Of a stretch of DNA of 64,000 nt, positions 9,419-20,233 are shown piece after piece. Position 1 is the stretch's first letter, and each line of letters opens with the position of its first letter. The notes below the pieces were generated by a model. The model saw nothing but the letters and a program-made list of their open reading frames with translations. It did no database searches and was not told the DNA's origin. The stretch lies in NCBI GenBank assembly GCA_963662465.1, contig OY759599.1, positions 544,001 to 608,000 on the forward strand. Direction: 5' to 3'. Source of the DNA: Desulfatiglandales bacterium (GTDB lineage: Bacteria; Desulfobacterota; DSM-4660; Desulfatiglandales; Desulfatiglandaceae). Made by a program: the position numbers and the translations under genes.

Positions 9419-11407
9419 ATGGTAACACTGGAAGTATTCATGACGTCATCCATAACGCATGCGCTGAAAACACTCTTTGCCTTTCTGCTCCTCGTTTGTC
9501 CGGCTTTCGCCTTTGATTATGCCAACAACATAGATTATCACACTTTCAAGACGAAGGAGTTGTCTCGCATCAACGATATTGACTACGAATTATCCGTATT
9601 CGTTGCCAAGACTGAATCTGAGAGAAAGCTGGAGACGGCTCTCAAAGATCAGCGTGCCCTTAATATCAAAAACTTCCTCAAACAGCTGATCGCAGGAAAG
9701 CTGGCGGACTATGATCTATCCGTCATGCAAGCGGAACATAAAACTTTGAAGGCTGCACACGATAAACTGGCACGGGACGAAAGTTCATTTTCACGGTCAA
9801 AATATGTTGCTTATCTGGTTTCAGACCTGAATTTACGATCGATCCAGCTCAGTATAAAATTTGTGGAGTTTGTTGATGCCATACAAAACCGGCTCGATAA
9901 TTACGATACAAAAGAGCAGTTCGATAAAACACTGGTGGATTTTCGGCAGGAACTGATTTTCAATCCCCGTCTGTATGAGATGGTTTATGAGGACATCCTG
10001 AACCTTGGCTATCGCAAAGGTTCGGAATCACTTATCTATCTGAAAGCGTACGACAAGTTGCTGGATGAACTGGATGTTTACAATGCCATGCTCATGTTTA
10101 TCCACAAATACGTTGAAGAAGTTTTGAAGACCGACTCGATCATCGATTACCTCAGGATTAATAACATGGTGACCGCCATCAACCGGCATTTCGGCCGAAC
10201 AGATGCAGGTCGCATCATCAAAAAACGCCTGAACATCAGCATTGGTCAGGTAGCGGCCTCAGTGCTTGTCTTCATCCTGTTTTATGCATTCTATGTTGCC
10301 ATATTTAAAATCATTGAATTCATTATAAAAGCGCTCAACAACGGTATCAATAAACAACAGGAACTCAAGGATCGGGAAAAACAAATCCTTCGTTTTCTCG
10401 AACTCATTCACAAGGCCCTTTCCCGTCCGATCAAAGTTTTTCTGATATCCTTTGCCTTCGATATCGTTCAGCGGTTGATCTTCATCACTTCGGCCAGAAA
10501 CGAGGGCCTTGTTTACATCTTTGAAAGCCTCTACAGCCTTATCGCCGTATGGGCTTTATTTCGCATGGTTGATTATTTTGTTTTCTACTACAGCGATTTC
10601 TTTCTCAAGAGATACCCCACCATGCGCAAAGAGATTATTAACTTCTTTTTATTCCTGTCAAAATTTCTCATCCTTATAACCGCGGTACTCGTTATCCTGG
10701 ACAATATGGGCGTCAATATCAGCGGAATTCTCGCATCACTCGGCATTGGAGGCCTGGCCATTGCCCTGGCCGCCCGTGAGTCCCTGACCAATGTATTCGG
10801 TTCCATCCAGATTATTTTAGACAATGCATTCAGTCAGGGTCAGTGGATTGTGACGGATAAATATCAGGGCACCGTGGTGGAAATCGGACTTCGCTCGACC
10901 CGCATTCGAACTTTTGATAATGCCATGGTCTTTGCCCCCAATGGATACCTGGCCAATACCGAAGTCAAGAATTGGAACAAACGACAACTGGGTCGCCGCA
11001 TAAAGATGTCCATCGGGGTCCCTTATGATTCCAGGATGACCGATGTCATTAATGCGGTCGACGATATTCGCGCCATGCTCATAGACCATGAGGGTATTGC
11101 CGACGATAAAACGGAATATGAGCTGAGCAGCGAGGTGATGGCGCGTGTACTGCAGAAAGAAGACCAATTCGGCGTTCGTAAAACCCTGCTGGTTTACCTG
11201 AACGACTATGGGGACAGCGCCATGAACATACTGGTCTACTGTTTCAGTAAGTCCATAGACTGGGAGGAATGGCTTCGGGTCAAACAGGACGTCATGGTTC
11301 GAATCTCGGAAATTTTAACAAAGAACAATCTTTCTTTTGCCTTCCCGTCCCGAACCATTTATCTGGCGAATGAATCTAAAGCGGCAAGCCGCGGTTTTAA
11401 GTTTTAG
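9419..11407 (+). CDS. MscS-family mechanosensitive channel with large N-terminal domain
   Basis: LASLGIGGLAIALAA, GTVVEIGLRSTRIRTFD, PN, FAFPSRT. Confidence 0.92.
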   Translation: MVTLEVFMTSSITHALKTLFAFLLLVCPAFAFDYANNIDYHTFKTKELSRINDIDYELSVFVAKTESERKLETALKDQRALNIKNFLKQLIAGKLADYDLSVMQAEHKTLKAAHDKLARDESSFSRSKYVAYLVSDLNLRSIQLSIKFVEFVDAIQNRLDNYDTKEQFDKTLVDFRQELIFNPRLYEMVYEDILNLGYRKGSESLIYLKAYDKLLDELDVYNAMLMFIHKYVEEVLKTDSIIDYLRINNMVTAINRHFGRTDAGRIIKKRLNISIGQVAASVLVFILFYAFYVAIFKIIEFIIKALNNGINKQQELKDREKQILRFLELIHKALSRPIKVFLISFAFDIVQRLIFITSARNEGLVYIFESLYSLIAVWALFRMVDYFVFYYSDFFLKRYPTMRKEIINFFLFLSKFLILITAVLVILDNMGVNISGILASLGIGGLAIALAARESLTNVFGSIQIILDNAFSQGQWIVTDKYQGTVVEIGLRSTRIRTFDNAMVFAPNGYLANTEVKNWNKRQLGRRIKMSIGVPYDSRMTDVINAVDDIRAMLIDHEGIADDKTEYELSSEVMARVLQKEDQFGVRKTLLVYLNDYGDSAMNILVYCFSKSIDWEEWLRVKQDVMVRISEILTKNNLSFAFPSRTIYLANESKAASRGFKF

Positions 11408-11428
11408 GTTTTAAGTTTTGAGTTTTTC
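11394..11428 (+). repeat. (GTTTTAA)-type heptamer tandem repeat, 5 units
   Basis: GTTTTAA GTTTTAG GTTTTAA GTTTTGA GTTTTTC. Confidence 0.9.
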
Positions 11429-11508
11429 CGGCAATGAATTTATTGTTTTTTGTGACAGGTTTTTTGGAAATAAGGCCTAAAGGATTGAGAAATCCGTGCC
11501 CCGCGTGA

Positions 11509-11919
11509 TCACGTCTGGAATACCCAATTTTCGCACTTGAGGTTTGGAATTCTTGAGAATTCGTTGATGTTGTTTGTGATAATCGTTAAATCCAGACTCA
11601 AAGCGTGAGCGGCTATCAGCGTGTCAAGAGGGCCGATTCTCTTACCCTTGGATTCCAGAAATGCCCTTATTTTTCCGTAACGTTCAACCAACCTTTTGCC
11701 ATGAAACGGCAGGATTGTCAGCGGCAGCAGAAACTCATCAAGCGCCTCTTGATTTTTGCTCTTGTGGGTGCTTTTCGCAATGCCGTATTGAAGTTCCGCG
11801 TGTGTTATGGCGGAAATCGCGAAATCGTGAATGGGGTACTGTTCGAATTTCCTCAAAACCATTTTTGGTTTTTCATTGATGATGTATATGCAGATATTGG
11901 TATCCAAAAGGTATTTCAT
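11509..11919 (-). CDS. vapC: VapC PIN-domain toxin
   Basis: YLLDTNICIY, ELQYG, IGPLDTLIAAHA, TNN..EF. Confidence 0.95.
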   Translation of the reverse strand: MKYLLDTNICIYIINEKPKMVLRKFEQYPIHDFAISAITHAELQYGIAKSTHKSKNQEALDEFLLPLTILPFHGKRLVERYGKIRAFLESKGKRIGPLDTLIAAHALSLDLTIITNNINEFSRIPNLKCENWVFQT

Positions 11920-12152
11920 TGGAACATGGGCTCCCGCTGCTGTTCTTCTACCGGCTGATTTCGCGTTATCTTAAAATCCTTTTCAAAGTGATTCAGGCTT
12001 TCAAAGAGAGGCGCCCATGATTTTTCTTTTGGCAATAAGACGATTGTTTGCCCCTGTTTTTTGATATAGACCTCAGTACCCGGCATTCTAAATTCCTTTG
12101 GCAACCTGACGGCCTGGCTTTGCCCATTTTTAAACAATTTCGCGGTTTTCAT
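11916..12152 (-). CDS. vapB: VapB AbrB-type antitoxin
   Basis: MKTAKLFKNGQSQAVRLPKEFR; 4-nt overlap with vapC. Confidence 0.95.
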   Translation of the reverse strand: MKTAKLFKNGQSQAVRLPKEFRMPGTEVYIKKQGQTIVLLPKEKSWAPLFESLNHFEKDFKITRNQPVEEQQREPMFQ

Positions 12153-12175
12153 GATGATGCCCTCCCGACCCAAAG

Positions 12176-12215
12176 ATATATACTGTCAGTATATATTTTC
12201 AGGGTAAGTTGTCAA
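12176..12215 (-). promoter_or_regulatory. vapBC promoter with palindromic operator
   Basis: Minus strand TTGACA (12215-12210)-N16-TATACT. Perfect inverted repeat ATATATACTG-T-CAGTATATAT at 12176-12196 overlaps the -10. Confidence 0.75.
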
Positions 12216-12275
12216 GGGGAAAGAATCCCCCCGGATACCCGGCATAAGATCGATTGCAAACAACACTTCCGGCTA

Positions 12276-13574
12276 TCAATTTGTATCGTATCGACTGAGC
12301 AAAAGAGAAGCGTTCTGGCCTCCGAAGCCGAAGCTGTTGCTGATGGCATTTTTGATTTCCCTGGGAATGGGTTTTTGGGGGACATAAAAAAGATCGCAGT
12401 CTTCTCCAGGGGTTTCCAGGTTGATGGTGGCGTGAATTTTACGGTTTTCAATCATGAGGGCTGTGGCGATGGTTTCAATGCCGCCGGAAGCGCCGATCAG
12501 GTGTCCCGTCATGGATTTGGTGGAGCTGATGGGGACGGTGTCTGCGGTTTTACCAAGGGCCTTTTTGATGGCCAGGGTCTCGGCGGGATCATTCAGGGAG
12601 GTGGAGGTGCCGTGGGCATTGATGTAATCGATCTCCTTGGGAACCACCCCTGCTCTTTTCATGGCGTCCATCATGGCCTTGGCCTGCATTTCAGGCTCGG
12701 GGTCGGGGGCGGCAATGTGGTAGGCATCGGATGTGGCGCCGTAGCCCGATAATTCACAATAAATGTGAGCCCCCCGGTCAAGGGCATGGGACAGTTCTTC
12801 TAAAATGATGATCCCTGATCCTTCACCCATGACAAAACCGTCCCGGTCCCTGTCAAAGGGCCTGGAAGCTTTTTCAGGGTCGTCATTCCTCTTGCTCATG
12901 GCGTTCATGCTCACGAATCCCCCGAATACGAAGGGGGTGATGCACGCATCGGCGCCGCCGGTGACCATGATTTTTTCTTCACCCAGAAGAATCTGCTTAT
13001 AGGCTTCAATGATGGCATGGTTGGCGGATGCGCAGGCTGTGGAGACGCTGCAAGCGATCCCTTTGATGCCGAATGCTATGGTCACATTGACCGGTACGGA
13101 GCATATCTGCACATGGGGCAGGGCAAAGGGGGAAACCCTTTTGGGCCCATTGTATTTGAGAAATTGCCGGTACCATTTTTCGCACAGATCCATGTTTTGG
13201 GCGCCGATGCCGAGGATGACCCCCATGCCGGCAGGATCCATGTCTTTAACCGCATAGGTTCGACGTCCTTTTTCCCCTTCGATGTCGTCAAGTGAAAAGC
13301 CGGCGTCTTCCAGGGCCAGCCTGGTGGCGGCCATGGCGAATTCGGAAGTTCTCCCCAGATACCTGAAGTCTTTGTTTCGGTGCATGAAATCGGTCAGGGA
13401 AAATCCGTCAATGGGGCAGGCGACCCGGGATGGATATTGAGCCATATCCCATCCTTCAAACTGAATCTTTTGGGCGCCCGATTTGCCCGCCATGAGAGAT
13501 CCCCAGTAGGCTTCTTTGCCGATGCCGATGGGCGTTACAGGTCCTAAGCCCGTGATGACCGCTCTTTTTCGCAT
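12276..13574 (-). CDS. fabF: Beta-ketoacyl-ACP synthase II
   Basis: VITGLG, TACAS, SRPFDRDRDGFVMGEG, INAHGTST, KSMTGHLIGA, SNSFGFGGQN. Confidence 0.95.
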   Translation of the reverse strand: MRKRAVITGLGPVTPIGIGKEAYWGSLMAGKSGAQKIQFEGWDMAQYPSRVACPIDGFSLTDFMHRNKDFRYLGRTSEFAMAATRLALEDAGFSLDDIEGEKGRRTYAVKDMDPAGMGVILGIGAQNMDLCEKWYRQFLKYNGPKRVSPFALPHVQICSVPVNVTIAFGIKGIACSVSTACASANHAIIEAYKQILLGEEKIMVTGGADACITPFVFGGFVSMNAMSKRNDDPEKASRPFDRDRDGFVMGEGSGIIILEELSHALDRGAHIYCELSGYGATSDAYHIAAPDPEPEMQAKAMMDAMKRAGVVPKEIDYINAHGTSTSLNDPAETLAIKKALGKTADTVPISSTKSMTGHLIGASGGIETIATALMIENRKIHATINLETPGEDCDLFYVPQKPIPREIKNAISNSFGFGGQNASLLLSRYDTN

Positions 13575-13669
13575 GCGTTGTTCCTTTCTCTTGATAATTC
13601 AAGATGCTGCACTGGATCGGCTATAACAGAAGATGGGTCCAGGGTCAAATGATTGGTTTGCAAGATAGA

Positions 13670-16600
13670 TTATTTTTGATGTTCGATCCCGAGGTTGTCC
13701 GTCAGAAGTTTCAGATGGGACAGGGCCTTTTCAAAGTCAAAATCGTTCAGGCTTTTTTCAAGGGATTCAATCGGGCCATGAAAGCCTGTGTTTTGGAGCT
13801 GTCCTTTCAGTTTTTCCAGAACTCTGTCCGCATCCAGGCTGGATTCTTCCAGCAGGGCCTTCAGTTCCCCAATGAGCAGCGCTGTTTTTTCCAGGTTGGG
13901 CCTTCGGGATGTGTCGGGTGTTGGTGCAATCGATTCATCCGGGGGCGGCGCTTTCGGGGCCATGCGGTGGATGGCTGTCAGTGTGGCTTCCAAATATTGA
14001 TGAAACCGGGTCAACTCATCCTCAATCAGGGGGCGATGGCCGTTTTTGACGGACTTCTCAAGCAACTGGGCAGCCTTGTTCAGGTCGTTGGCGCCGAGAT
14101 TGCCCGCGGTCCCCTTGATGCCGTGGATGAGGCTCCCCATTTCTTCCAGGTCATTTTTATCCAGGAGTCCCCTGAGTGTAGCGTGTGCCGGGCCGACCTG
14201 TCGGGCAAAATCCTGAAGGAGCTTTTCGTACAAGACCTGGTTTCCGGCAACCCGGGCCAGCCCTTCCGACAAATTTATTTCCGGCAGGGGTGAATCCTTA
14301 TTCGTTAGGTCATGGTCGGGGAGATGGACGACATTTTCTTTTTGAATCGGCCGGGGAGGCGGTGTTCTTCCTGCCACGGGCTGAATCCATTTGACCAGGA
14401 CGGCGAAGAGTTTCTCCGGGTCGATGGGTTTGGTCACATGGTCGTTCATGCCCGCTTCCAGGCTTTTTTCCCGGTCTCCCGCCAGGGCCTGGGCTGTCAT
14501 GGCAACGACGGGCAGGTTTTTATGGGCGGGATTTTTTCGAATTTGAGCAGTGGCTTCATAGCCGTCCATGACGGGCATGTGAATATCCGTTAGTACCAGA
14601 TCAAAGGCCGATTGTTCCACCGCCGAAACCGCCTCCTGTCCATTATTGACCACCTGAACCGAAAGCCCCTGTTGCTCCAGCAACTCCCGGGCCACCTGCT
14701 GGTTGATCTCATTGTCTTCCGCCAGGAGAATCCTGGCCCCCCGAATGTTTGAAAGGGCTTTTTGCAGGGCGGATTCAACCCTTTTCTCTCGTGGCCGTTT
14801 GGCCGGTTCCCGGCCGAATATTTCCATGATGGCGTCAAAAAGAAGGGAAGGATTCAAGGGTTTGAATAAAAAGGCGTCGAGGCCTGCTTCCCTCGCTTCC
14901 CTTATCACTTCTTCCCGGCTGTAGGCGGTGACCAGGATCATTTTGGGAACGATATTCAGTGAAAGATTCTGGATGCGGCGGGCGCATTGGATTCCGGTCA
15001 TGCCGCCCATTTTCCAATCCAGCAGCACGAGTTCGAAGGGCTTTTCCGTTTTCTGGTCGGCCTTTTGGATGGCTTCCAGGGCCATTTCCGCGGAATCCAC
15101 GGTTTGGACTTCAAAACCGAAGGAAAGCAGGAGTGTTTCCATGATCTTGCGGGCGGCAAAGTTGTCATCCGCCGCCAGAACCCGTTTTCCCCGTATTTCC
15201 GGGTCAAGCATCGGTTTCCAGGGGGATTTGTCCGGATGAAGTCCGAATCGGGCGGTAAAGAAAAAAGTGCTGCCTTTCCCGGGTTCGCTTTCCACCCCGA
15301 TGTCGCCCCCCATCATGCCCACCAGTTTTCTGGAGATGCTCAGCCCCAGCCCCGTGCCCCCGTATTTCCGCGTGGTGCCGCGATCCGCCTGGGTAAAGGG
15401 TTGAAAGAGACCCTCCGTCTGATCCCGGGACAGGCCGATGCCGGTATCCCGAACGGAAAACCGGAGGGTGACATGACTTTCATCTTCTTCCATAAGCCCA
15501 ACGGTCACGATGACTTCTCCGTGGTCGGTGAATTTGACCGCATTGTTGGCCAGGTTGATCAACACCTGCCCCAGCCGCAGGGGATCGCCCACCAGGTTGG
15601 CGGGCGCCAGGGGATCTGCGTCAAAGAGGAATTCAAGCCCCTTTTCTTCGGCTTTCAGGCTGATCAGGCTGCTCAGGTTGTCCAGCACGTCCTCCAGCCG
15701 AAAATCCACCTGTTCCATGGCCAGTTTGCCGGCTTCGATTTTGGAGAAGTCCAGCACGTCGTTGATGATGCCCAAAAGGGTATTGGCGGATCTTTGAATC
15801 TTCCCCAGGTAATCCGCCTGCTTGGCACTGAGGTCGGTTTTGAGGGCCAGGTGGCTCAAGCCGATGATGGCGTTCATGGGCGTTCGAATTTCATGGCTCA
15901 TGTTGGCCAGAAAGTCGCTCTTGAAACGGCTCACCTCATCCGCCTTCAATTTTTCCAGTTTCAATGTTCGCCCCCTGGAAATGGCGCGTTTCAGGTCCAG
16001 CAGGGCCAGCAGGATAAAAACGGCGCACAGGTTTAGCAGAGGCATGAGAGGCGAAAAGAACAGGCTTCGATTGGTGAAAAGCCATAACGTTCCCCACCAG
16101 ATGCCGACCCCCAGGAGCAATAGCCCCAGAAACCCCCAGAGGGGTTTGCCCGGCAGCAGCAGCATCCAGGCCAGGAGTCCGGTTGCCCCCATGAGGATCA
16201 ACTGCAATCCCCATTTCCAGGGGGCCGGCTCGATGAACTGTTCCGAAAGGATGTTGTCGGCGATGGCGGCCTGAACCAGTACGCCCGGAAAACCCGATTG
16301 AATGGGGGTGATGTGCGTATCCCCGATGCCGGCGGCCGTGGTGCCCACAAACACAATTTTTCCCTGGAGCTGTTCCATGGGAATGCGGTCTTCCAGGATA
16401 TCGGCGGCGGAGATATGCGCAAAGGCGTCCATTTCGGCCCTGTATTTAATCCACAGGTGTCCCGAAGGGTCCAGGGGAATCATCCGCCTGCCCATTCGCA
16501 GAGACAGGGTTCCGTCCTGGGTGACTTTAATCAGCACCTGGTCCGATTTTTCGGCATACATCAGGGTCGCCAGGGCCAGGCTTGGGTAAATGCCGTCCCG

Positions 16601-17302
16601 GTAGCTGACCAGCAGGGGGCTTCTTCTGATGACGCCGTCTTTATCCACAAGGGTGTTGATAAATCCGGCGTTGTTTGCGGCATTCCCCAGGATTTTCAGA
16701 CTGCAAAGCGCCCCTTGGGCGTTGATCAGATGGTGGGAAGGGGCCCAGCCCCCTCCAGGCGACTTGATGGCGGTTTTCAAGGGATAAAGGGTGCAGGTGT
16801 TTTCCGGTAAATCGTCTTTCTGAAACAGAAATGCATATCCCATTACATACGGACCCTGAGCTAGAATTCGAGCCAGGAGGCGGTCATTGTCCTTGAGGTC
16901 GTCGGGTAGGCCCGTGATCTTTGCCTGAACGTGAAGGTCCCGCTGCAATTGTTCCTCCAGGATTTTGGGGGATGTGCGATCCGGTTCAGGAAACAGCATG
17001 TCAAGTCCGATAGCCAGGGCCCCCAGACGCTTGATTTTTTCCAAAAGCAGCGCCACGCGGTATCTTGGCCAGGGCCACTGCCCGAATGTGAGAATTGCTT
17101 TTTCATCCAGCGTGACAATGACCGGCAGCGTTGGGGTCTTTGGAATCGGGACGGATCGCAGGAAGTGATCGTAGATTTTGAATTCAATGAACTTCAGGGC
17201 GTTGGGTTGCGTAACAGCCGTGCCGGCCAGGATCATGGTGACGCAGAGGGCAAGAACAAGCCCCCTGCCGCGAAATCCGAAAATGGGTTTTGCTTCCGGC
17301 AC
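13670..17302 (-). CDS. CHASE2 hybrid histidine kinase (CHASE2-TM-HisKA-HATPase-REC-REC-HPt)
   Basis: FGQWPWPR (CHASE2), [25 protein letters not shown], two receivers, HGIKG HPt. GTG start at 17302 follows AAGGA. Confidence 0.92.
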   Translation of the reverse strand: MPEAKPIFGFRGRGLVLALCVTMILAGTAVTQPNALKFIEFKIYDHFLRSVPIPKTPTLPVIVTLDEKAILTFGQWPWPRYRVALLLEKIKRLGALAIGLDMLFPEPDRTSPKILEEQLQRDLHVQAKITGLPDDLKDNDRLLARILAQGPYVMGYAFLFQKDDLPENTCTLYPLKTAIKSPGGGWAPSHHLINAQGALCSLKILGNAANNAGFINTLVDKDGVIRRSPLLVSYRDGIYPSLALATLMYAEKSDQVLIKVTQDGTLSLRMGRRMIPLDPSGHLWIKYRAEMDAFAHISAADILEDRIPMEQLQGKIVFVGTTAAGIGDTHITPIQSGFPGVLVQAAIADNILSEQFIEPAPWKWGLQLILMGATGLLAWMLLLPGKPLWGFLGLLLLGVGIWWGTLWLFTNRSLFFSPLMPLLNLCAVFILLALLDLKRAISRGRTLKLEKLKADEVSRFKSDFLANMSHEIRTPMNAIIGLSHLALKTDLSAKQADYLGKIQRSANTLLGIINDVLDFSKIEAGKLAMEQVDFRLEDVLDNLSSLISLKAEEKGLEFLFDADPLAPANLVGDPLRLGQVLINLANNAVKFTDHGEVIVTVGLMEEDESHVTLRFSVRDTGIGLSRDQTEGLFQPFTQADRGTTRKYGGTGLGLSISRKLVGMMGGDIGVESEPGKGSTFFFTARFGLHPDKSPWKPMLDPEIRGKRVLAADDNFAARKIMETLLLSFGFEVQTVDSAEMALEAIQKADQKTEKPFELVLLDWKMGGMTGIQCARRIQNLSLNIVPKMILVTAYSREEVIREAREAGLDAFLFKPLNPSLLFDAIMEIFGREPAKRPREKRVESALQKALSNIRGARILLAEDNEINQQVARELLEQQGLSVQVVNNGQEAVSAVEQSAFDLVLTDIHMPVMDGYEATAQIRKNPAHKNLPVVAMTAQALAGDREKSLEAGMNDHVTKPIDPEKLFAVLVKWIQPVAGRTPPPRPIQKENVVHLPDHDLTNKDSPLPEINLSEGLARVAGNQVLYEKLLQDFARQVGPAHATLRGLLDKNDLEEMGSLIHGIKGTAGNLGANDLNKAAQLLEKSVKNGHRPLIEDELTRFHQYLEATLTAIHRMAPKAPPPDESIAPTPDTSRRPNLEKTALLIGELKALLEESSLDADRVLEKLKGQLQNTGFHGPIESLEKSLNDFDFEKALSHLKLLTDNLGIEHQK

Positions 17303-17321
17303 GTCATTCCTTTCGCCCCTG

Positions 17322-17933
17322 CTATCTGACGGTGACATCCACTCGGCGGTTTTGAGGTTCCGCCACTTCGTCCGCCGTGGGAACCAACGGGTTGCTTTCA
17401 CCGTGGGCCGCGACAAATATGATCTTCGGGTCAACGCCCTGGGAAACCAGCAGATCTTTGATGGAAACGGCTCGATTCCGGGAAAGACGAAGGTTTAGGC
17501 TTTCAGCGCCCACCCGGTCCGTGTGTCCCACCACACTGATGTCTTTTGATTTTCTGGCGGTGATGGCGGCCAGGATATCCGGGATCAGTTTTTCCGATGA
17601 AGGGGTCAACTGGTCCGTGCCGCTTTTAAAATGGAGGCTGAAGGTGACCGGCAATCCCGGATCCGCCGCCAGGGCCATGCCGAATTTATTTTCAATGGTT
17701 TCCCGATCCATTTTTTCGGGTTTCCCGGGCGGTTCCTCGGTCGAGGAGATCTGCACCGCATATTCCGCCTGGCGGATCACCTGGGTTCCCTTGTCGGTGG
17801 CCACGGTGATTTCGCCAACGGTTCCATTGGGATCGGGCAGGAGAACAAAGGTGTTCTTTTTGGCGCATCCGGTTGTGGAAAACAGCCAGATCAGGATCAA
17901 AGCAAAGAAAGCAGTGGAAAGAATGTTCCGCAT
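17322..17933 (-). CDS. OmpA-family lipoprotein
   Basis: Lipobox [32 protein letters not shown]. Confidence 0.92.
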   Translation of the reverse strand: MRNILSTAFFALILIWLFSTTGCAKKNTFVLLPDPNGTVGEITVATDKGTQVIRQAEYAVQISSTEEPPGKPEKMDRETIENKFGMALAADPGLPVTFSLHFKSGTDQLTPSSEKLIPDILAAITARKSKDISVVGHTDRVGAESLNLRLSRNRAVSIKDLLVSQGVDPKIIFVAAHGESNPLVPTADEVAEPQNRRVDVTVR

Positions 17934-17948
17934 GATGATTTCTCCTAA

Positions 17949-18386
17949 TTATTCAACCTCTACCAGGAATCGGGTGCCGCGAATGCCCAATACGGCCAGG
18001 GGCGTTTTCACACGGGTGGCGCCGGGGGAGAGTTTACCGATTTGGCCGGAGAGATAGGCTGCGGTTCCCTTTGAAATTTTCGACACAAAGGAGAGCTTTC
18101 CCTCGCCCGGGGAAAACAGGAAATCGTCAATGGTGATCCTTGTGTCGGGTCCCATGGAGAGGGTGCTGTCATCCCTGAAAATGACTCCCATGCTCGCTTG
18201 GGGTCCTGTCTGAAGGATGTCCTTTGCATGGATTTTAACGCCTTCCACCGCTGGGATGATTTGGTTGTCCCGTTCGATGGAGGCTTTTCCGGTGATATTC
18301 TTGATGACGCCCGCCGGTTCCATGGCCGAAAGGAGCGGGGTGAAAAGAAAAAGAAACAAGACAAAAAAAAGGACAATTGTTTTCAT
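17949..18386 (-). CDS. Secreted FecR-domain protein
   Basis: Signal peptide; GVIKNITG, D.LQTG, F.DDSTL.MGPDT, TPLAVLGIRGT. Confidence 0.88.
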   Translation of the reverse strand: MKTIVLFFVLFLFLFTPLLSAMEPAGVIKNITGKASIERDNQIIPAVEGVKIHAKDILQTGPQASMGVIFRDDSTLSMGPDTRITIDDFLFSPGEGKLSFVSKISKGTAAYLSGQIGKLSPGATRVKTPLAVLGIRGTRFLVEVE

Positions 18387-18640
18387 TATCGTTCCCCCAG
18401 TTGAAGATTTTCCCTTTTTCAAAGGATGTTCAATGTGTGAATCAGCATTAATGATGCATAAAGGCAATCTTAGAAGAAAAGATCATTTTCCGTCAAGTTG
18501 AATAATGCCGGAATTTGCGGGATCTTTCTTCAAATCCTTGTAACCCATCCCCGATTCTGTTAATTTCTTTGTGAATAACCACAGGGTATCTGTTCCCTCA
18601 ATAATCAACCCATCAGACTTCCACCCTAAGGAGGCGTTTA

Positions 18641-20224
18641 ATGCCGGATGCTGAAATCGGCCGGGAAAAAATCCTTATTGTAGACGATATCCCCGCGAAT
18701 ATCAGGATTCTGGGTCAGTTGCTGAGGTCCGAATATGATATTCGCATCGCCACCGGCGGAAAAAATGCCTTGGCCATTGTCGCTTCGGAAAACCCGCCCG
18801 ATCTGGTGCTTCTGGATATTATGATGCCGGATATGGATGGCTATGAAGTATGCCGACGGCTTAAAGAAGATTCTCGTTTAAAGGATATTCCGGTTATTTT
18901 CATTACGGCCAAGGGAGAGGTTGAAGATGAAACCAGGGGGCTTGAAATCGGCGCCGTGGACTATATCATCAAGCCCTTCAGCCCGCCGATCGTGGCGGCC
19001 CGGGTCAAGACCCATCTTCAGTTGAAAAGGCAACGGGACGAACTGGCGCAGATGACCCGCGACCTCACCGAACTCAACCGCATGAAGGACAATCTGCTGG
19101 CGGTCTGTTCCCATGATCTGCGTTCCCCGCTAAACGGCATCCTGGGGTTTACGGACCTGCTTCTGGAAAAGAAATATCTGGAAGCGGAGGATCGGGAGGG
19201 GCTCACCCACATCAAAGCCTCGGGCAACGTGCTCCTGGGCCTGATCAATGATATCATGGACCTCAGCAAGGCCAGGGCGGAACAGGTTGAGCTGGAGATG
19301 GCGCCTGTTATGCTCGCTGACGTGATCGAGACCAGCATCGGCGCGCTGAAACATATGGCAGTGCGCAAAGGACAGACCCTGCATTTGACGGATCAGTGCC
19401 CCGGTGCTCAAATATTGGGAAATGCGAGCGCATTGGGTCGGGTTTTCAATAACCTTCTGTCCAACGCCATCAAGTTTACACCGGAAAAGGGAGCGATCCA
19501 GATTCAAATTGAACCTGGAAGCGAGGGCGAGGTATGGGCGAGCGTTATCGATACGGGAATCGGTATTCCGGAAGACAGGATACCGTATCTTTTTGATCCG
19601 TTCACCAAAACTTCCCAAAGCGGCACCAGCGGGGAACAGGGAACGGGTCTCGGGATGTCGATTGTTAAAGAGATCCTTGAAAAGCATGGGGTTCCCATAG
19701 CGGTGGAGAGTCAAGAAGGAAAAGGGACCCGTTTCAAGTTGATTTTTCCTTTGAGCAAAGAGGCTCCCGTTGCGAGTCCTGACCCCGCCGGATTACCTGA
19801 GTTTTCAGCGGGGGCGTCGGTGGAAAAGAAACAGCATTTGAGAATCCTTTTGGCGGAAGACAATCCCGTCAACCAAAAACTCGGGGAAAAACTGTTGGCC
19901 AAAGCAGGTCACGAGGTCGTGGCGGCTAACAATGGTGAGGCGGCATTTCTGGCCTACAGTGCATCTCCCGAGGATTTCGATCTTATCTTCATGGACATCC
20001 AGATGCCCGGCATGGATGGATTGGAAGGGACGCGGGCCATCCGGAAATTTGAAGCCGGAGACTCGGGCAAAAGGATTCCCATTGTGGCCATGACCGGACA
20101 GGCCATGGCGGGAGACCGGGAAAAGTGCCTTGAAGCGGGCATGGACGACTATATGGTCAAACCCATCAGTAAAAAGCTGATTCTTGAGATGGTTCAAAAA
20201 TGGGCGCCGAACCTTATTCCTTAA
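18641..20224 (+). CDS. Hybrid response regulator/histidine kinase (REC-HisKA-HATPase-REC)
   Basis: ILIVDD, LLDIMMP, SHDLRSPL, NLLSNAIKFT, GTGLG, LLAEDN. Confidence 0.93.
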   Translation: MPDAEIGREKILIVDDIPANIRILGQLLRSEYDIRIATGGKNALAIVASENPPDLVLLDIMMPDMDGYEVCRRLKEDSRLKDIPVIFITAKGEVEDETRGLEIGAVDYIIKPFSPPIVAARVKTHLQLKRQRDELAQMTRDLTELNRMKDNLLAVCSHDLRSPLNGILGFTDLLLEKKYLEAEDREGLTHIKASGNVLLGLINDIMDLSKARAEQVELEMAPVMLADVIETSIGALKHMAVRKGQTLHLTDQCPGAQILGNASALGRVFNNLLSNAIKFTPEKGAIQIQIEPGSEGEVWASVIDTGIGIPEDRIPYLFDPFTKTSQSGTSGEQGTGLGMSIVKEILEKHGVPIAVESQEGKGTRFKLIFPLSKEAPVASPDPAGLPEFSAGASVEKKQHLRILLAEDNPVNQKLGEKLLAKAGHEVVAANNGEAAFLAYSASPEDFDLIFMDIQMPGMDGLEGTRAIRKFEAGDSGKRIPIVAMTGQAMAGDREKCLEAGMDDYMVKPISKKLILEMVQKWAPNLIP

Positions 20225-20233
20225 AATGAGTGA

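Noticed and set aside
17303..17434. Listed start of the 1254-aa kinase
   Set aside because: Overlaps the OmpA gene; GTG 17302 has an SD-like AAGGA
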